A DNA stretch of 64,000 nt from positions 87,792,001 through 87,856,000 of the forward strand of contig OX597814.1 of assembly GCA_951406725.2 (NCBI GenBank). Direction: 5' to 3'. Below are positions 62,290 through 64,000 of the stretch, piece by piece. Numbering within the stretch: position 1 is the first letter of the stretch; each line of letters starts with the position of its first letter. The DNA is from Octopus vulgaris (lineage: Eukaryota). The notes beneath the pieces are model-generated. The model was not told the DNA's origin, did no database searches, and worked only from the letters and a program-made list of their open reading frames with translations. The translations under genes were made by a program, and so were the position numbers.

Positions 62290-63251
62290 GCTGGAGGCGG
62301 TGGAGGATGCATGCGAAGGTGGTTTGCAAAGTTTAAAGCCGGAGAGTTTAGCTTGGAAGAAGACAGTCGTAGTGGAGGACTTTCAGAATTGGATGATGAT
62401 GTTTTGAAGGCAAAAATCGAAGAAAACTAAAAAATCACGACTAGAGAACTTGCTGAGGAGTTAGAAGTTTCTAAAAGTACGGCCCATGAACACCTAGTGA
62501 AGCTAGGATACATTTCTCGCTATAATGTATGGGTCCCTCACAAACTCTCAGAAAAAAATTGCTTTGGCCTGTATTCCATTTGTGATATGTTTTTGAAACG
62601 GAATGAAAGCATATCTTTTTTGAAACAACTTGCAACTGGAGATAAAAATGTAGTGCAAAAAAGATCCTGGAGTTTGCGTAATGATTCCCCCAAAACTGCC
62701 ACCAGAGACGAATATCTATGCCAAGAAAGCTATGCTTTGCGTTTGGTGGGATCATAAAGGCATTATTTATTATGAGCTTCTTCCACAAATCCAGACCATT
62801 AGTTCTGATGTGTACCATCATCAGCTGGCTAATTTGAAGAAAAAAAAAAAAATCTCAGAATCGAGGTCAGAGATTGCTAACAGGAAAAGGGTAGTGTCCC
62901 AATACGATAATACCCGACCACATATGCCTTTGGCTACCTGAACAAAGTTACATGAACTTGGCTGGGCTCTCTTATCCCATCCACCATATGATATTTCGCC
63001 ATCAGTCTACCACTTGTTTTTGTTCTACAGAACTCATTGCAAGGAAAAACATTTAACGATTTAGATGCAGTCAAAATGCATCTAGACAACTTTTTTCTTC
63101 AAAATCAGTAAAATTTTATGCTGATGGAATATTTAAATTGCCTAATAAAGTGGCAAAGGTCATTGAAATGATGAAAATGATTTCATTGAATAAAATTTAT
63201 TGAACGGTCAAATATTTAAAAGACGCTCAGAATTTTCCGGACAACCTAATA
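62290..63251 (+). mobile_element. Decayed mariner transposon (5' part missing)
   Basis: WVPHKLSEKN, ATGDK, MLCVWWDHKG, DNTRPH, HPPY; 3' TIR-like TTTCCGGACAACCTAATA. Confidence 0.85.
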
Positions 63252-63791
63252 TATTTTCTGTGAGAAAAATGTACGCTCTGAATGCATATAATAAATATAA
63301 TTATTAAATACTACATTATTATTGGTAACTAATTTCGTTTGGGCGCTGGCTGCAAAGCGTAAGCTTAGAACAGTGATTCTCAAACAGGAAGCACCTCGTT
63401 ATCAGTGGAGGAATTTCAGTTATGAGAGGAAATCTAAACACGAAAGAATGTACACTGATATATATATATTTGACACCATGTGAAGCCGACAGACTCCGTA
63501 CCTTAGTGGGTGGCTAATATGTGTCTTCCACGCTGTAATTGTTACATGAAGCTAAACGACCTGCACAAATTTGTTTGTAGTGATCAAATGTATGTGCTGT
63601 ACATTAGCTCACTTCCTCCATCAAATCGATGTTGCCTGAACAAGTGCACGGTGTGCCACGCGTCAGGTGTCGAAATGATCACAGAGCAACGTGAGATGGA
63701 GAGTTTTGCTCAAGAACACAACACACCACTCGGTCTAGGAGTTGAAATCACGATTTCGCGATCAATAGTGTAACAGCTTAGGCCATGCGTC

Positions 63792-63843
<52 letters not shown>

Positions 63844-64000
63844 ATGGCACAAGAAGCCAGCGTCATTTTGAACGAGATCTCAGCGGTAGCCATTGCCATT
63901 CGCGAGACAAGAACGAGATTCTCGCCGGCAACCAGTATTTAAGCAAGAAACAACGACATTCACTTTCATAAATTTTCCATTCAATTATACATACATACAT

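Overview
AT-rich, microsatellite-dense eukaryotic DNA. The SINE families and repeat landscape look like an Octopus (cephalopod) genome, which is my inference from sequence recognition. No host protein-coding exon can be called with confidence, and almost all short ORFs in the track are microsatellite or SINE translations. The window is a nest of mobile DNA: (1) one near full-length, CpG-rich Tx1/L1-type non-LTR retrotransposon (about 23640-29412) with an intact 1144-aa APE-RT-zinc finger ORF2 and a frameshifted CCHC ORF1, lying between (ATT)n tracts; (2) decayed RTE, R4/Dong-like and Penelope-like (GIY-YIG) retroelements; (3) decayed pogo, mariner and maT-like transposons, plus Helitron, hAT, Merlin-like and piggyBac-like non-autonomous elements and a probable solo LTR; (4) many tRNA-derived SINEs. 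The most notable hidden signal is a set of Type I hammerhead ribozyme motifs. Three are close to canonical (50988-51080, 56983-57036, 57690-57760) and several more are variant or half motifs. They come from several unrelated AT-rich non-coding families, and most sit in long fold-back inverted repeats next to (TA)n tracts, consistent with Penelope pLTR-derived or retrozyme-like elements. A CpG-depletion boundary near 37-38.7 kb suggests a methylated gene body on the left. Coordinates were read by eye, and the ends of decayed elements are approximate.
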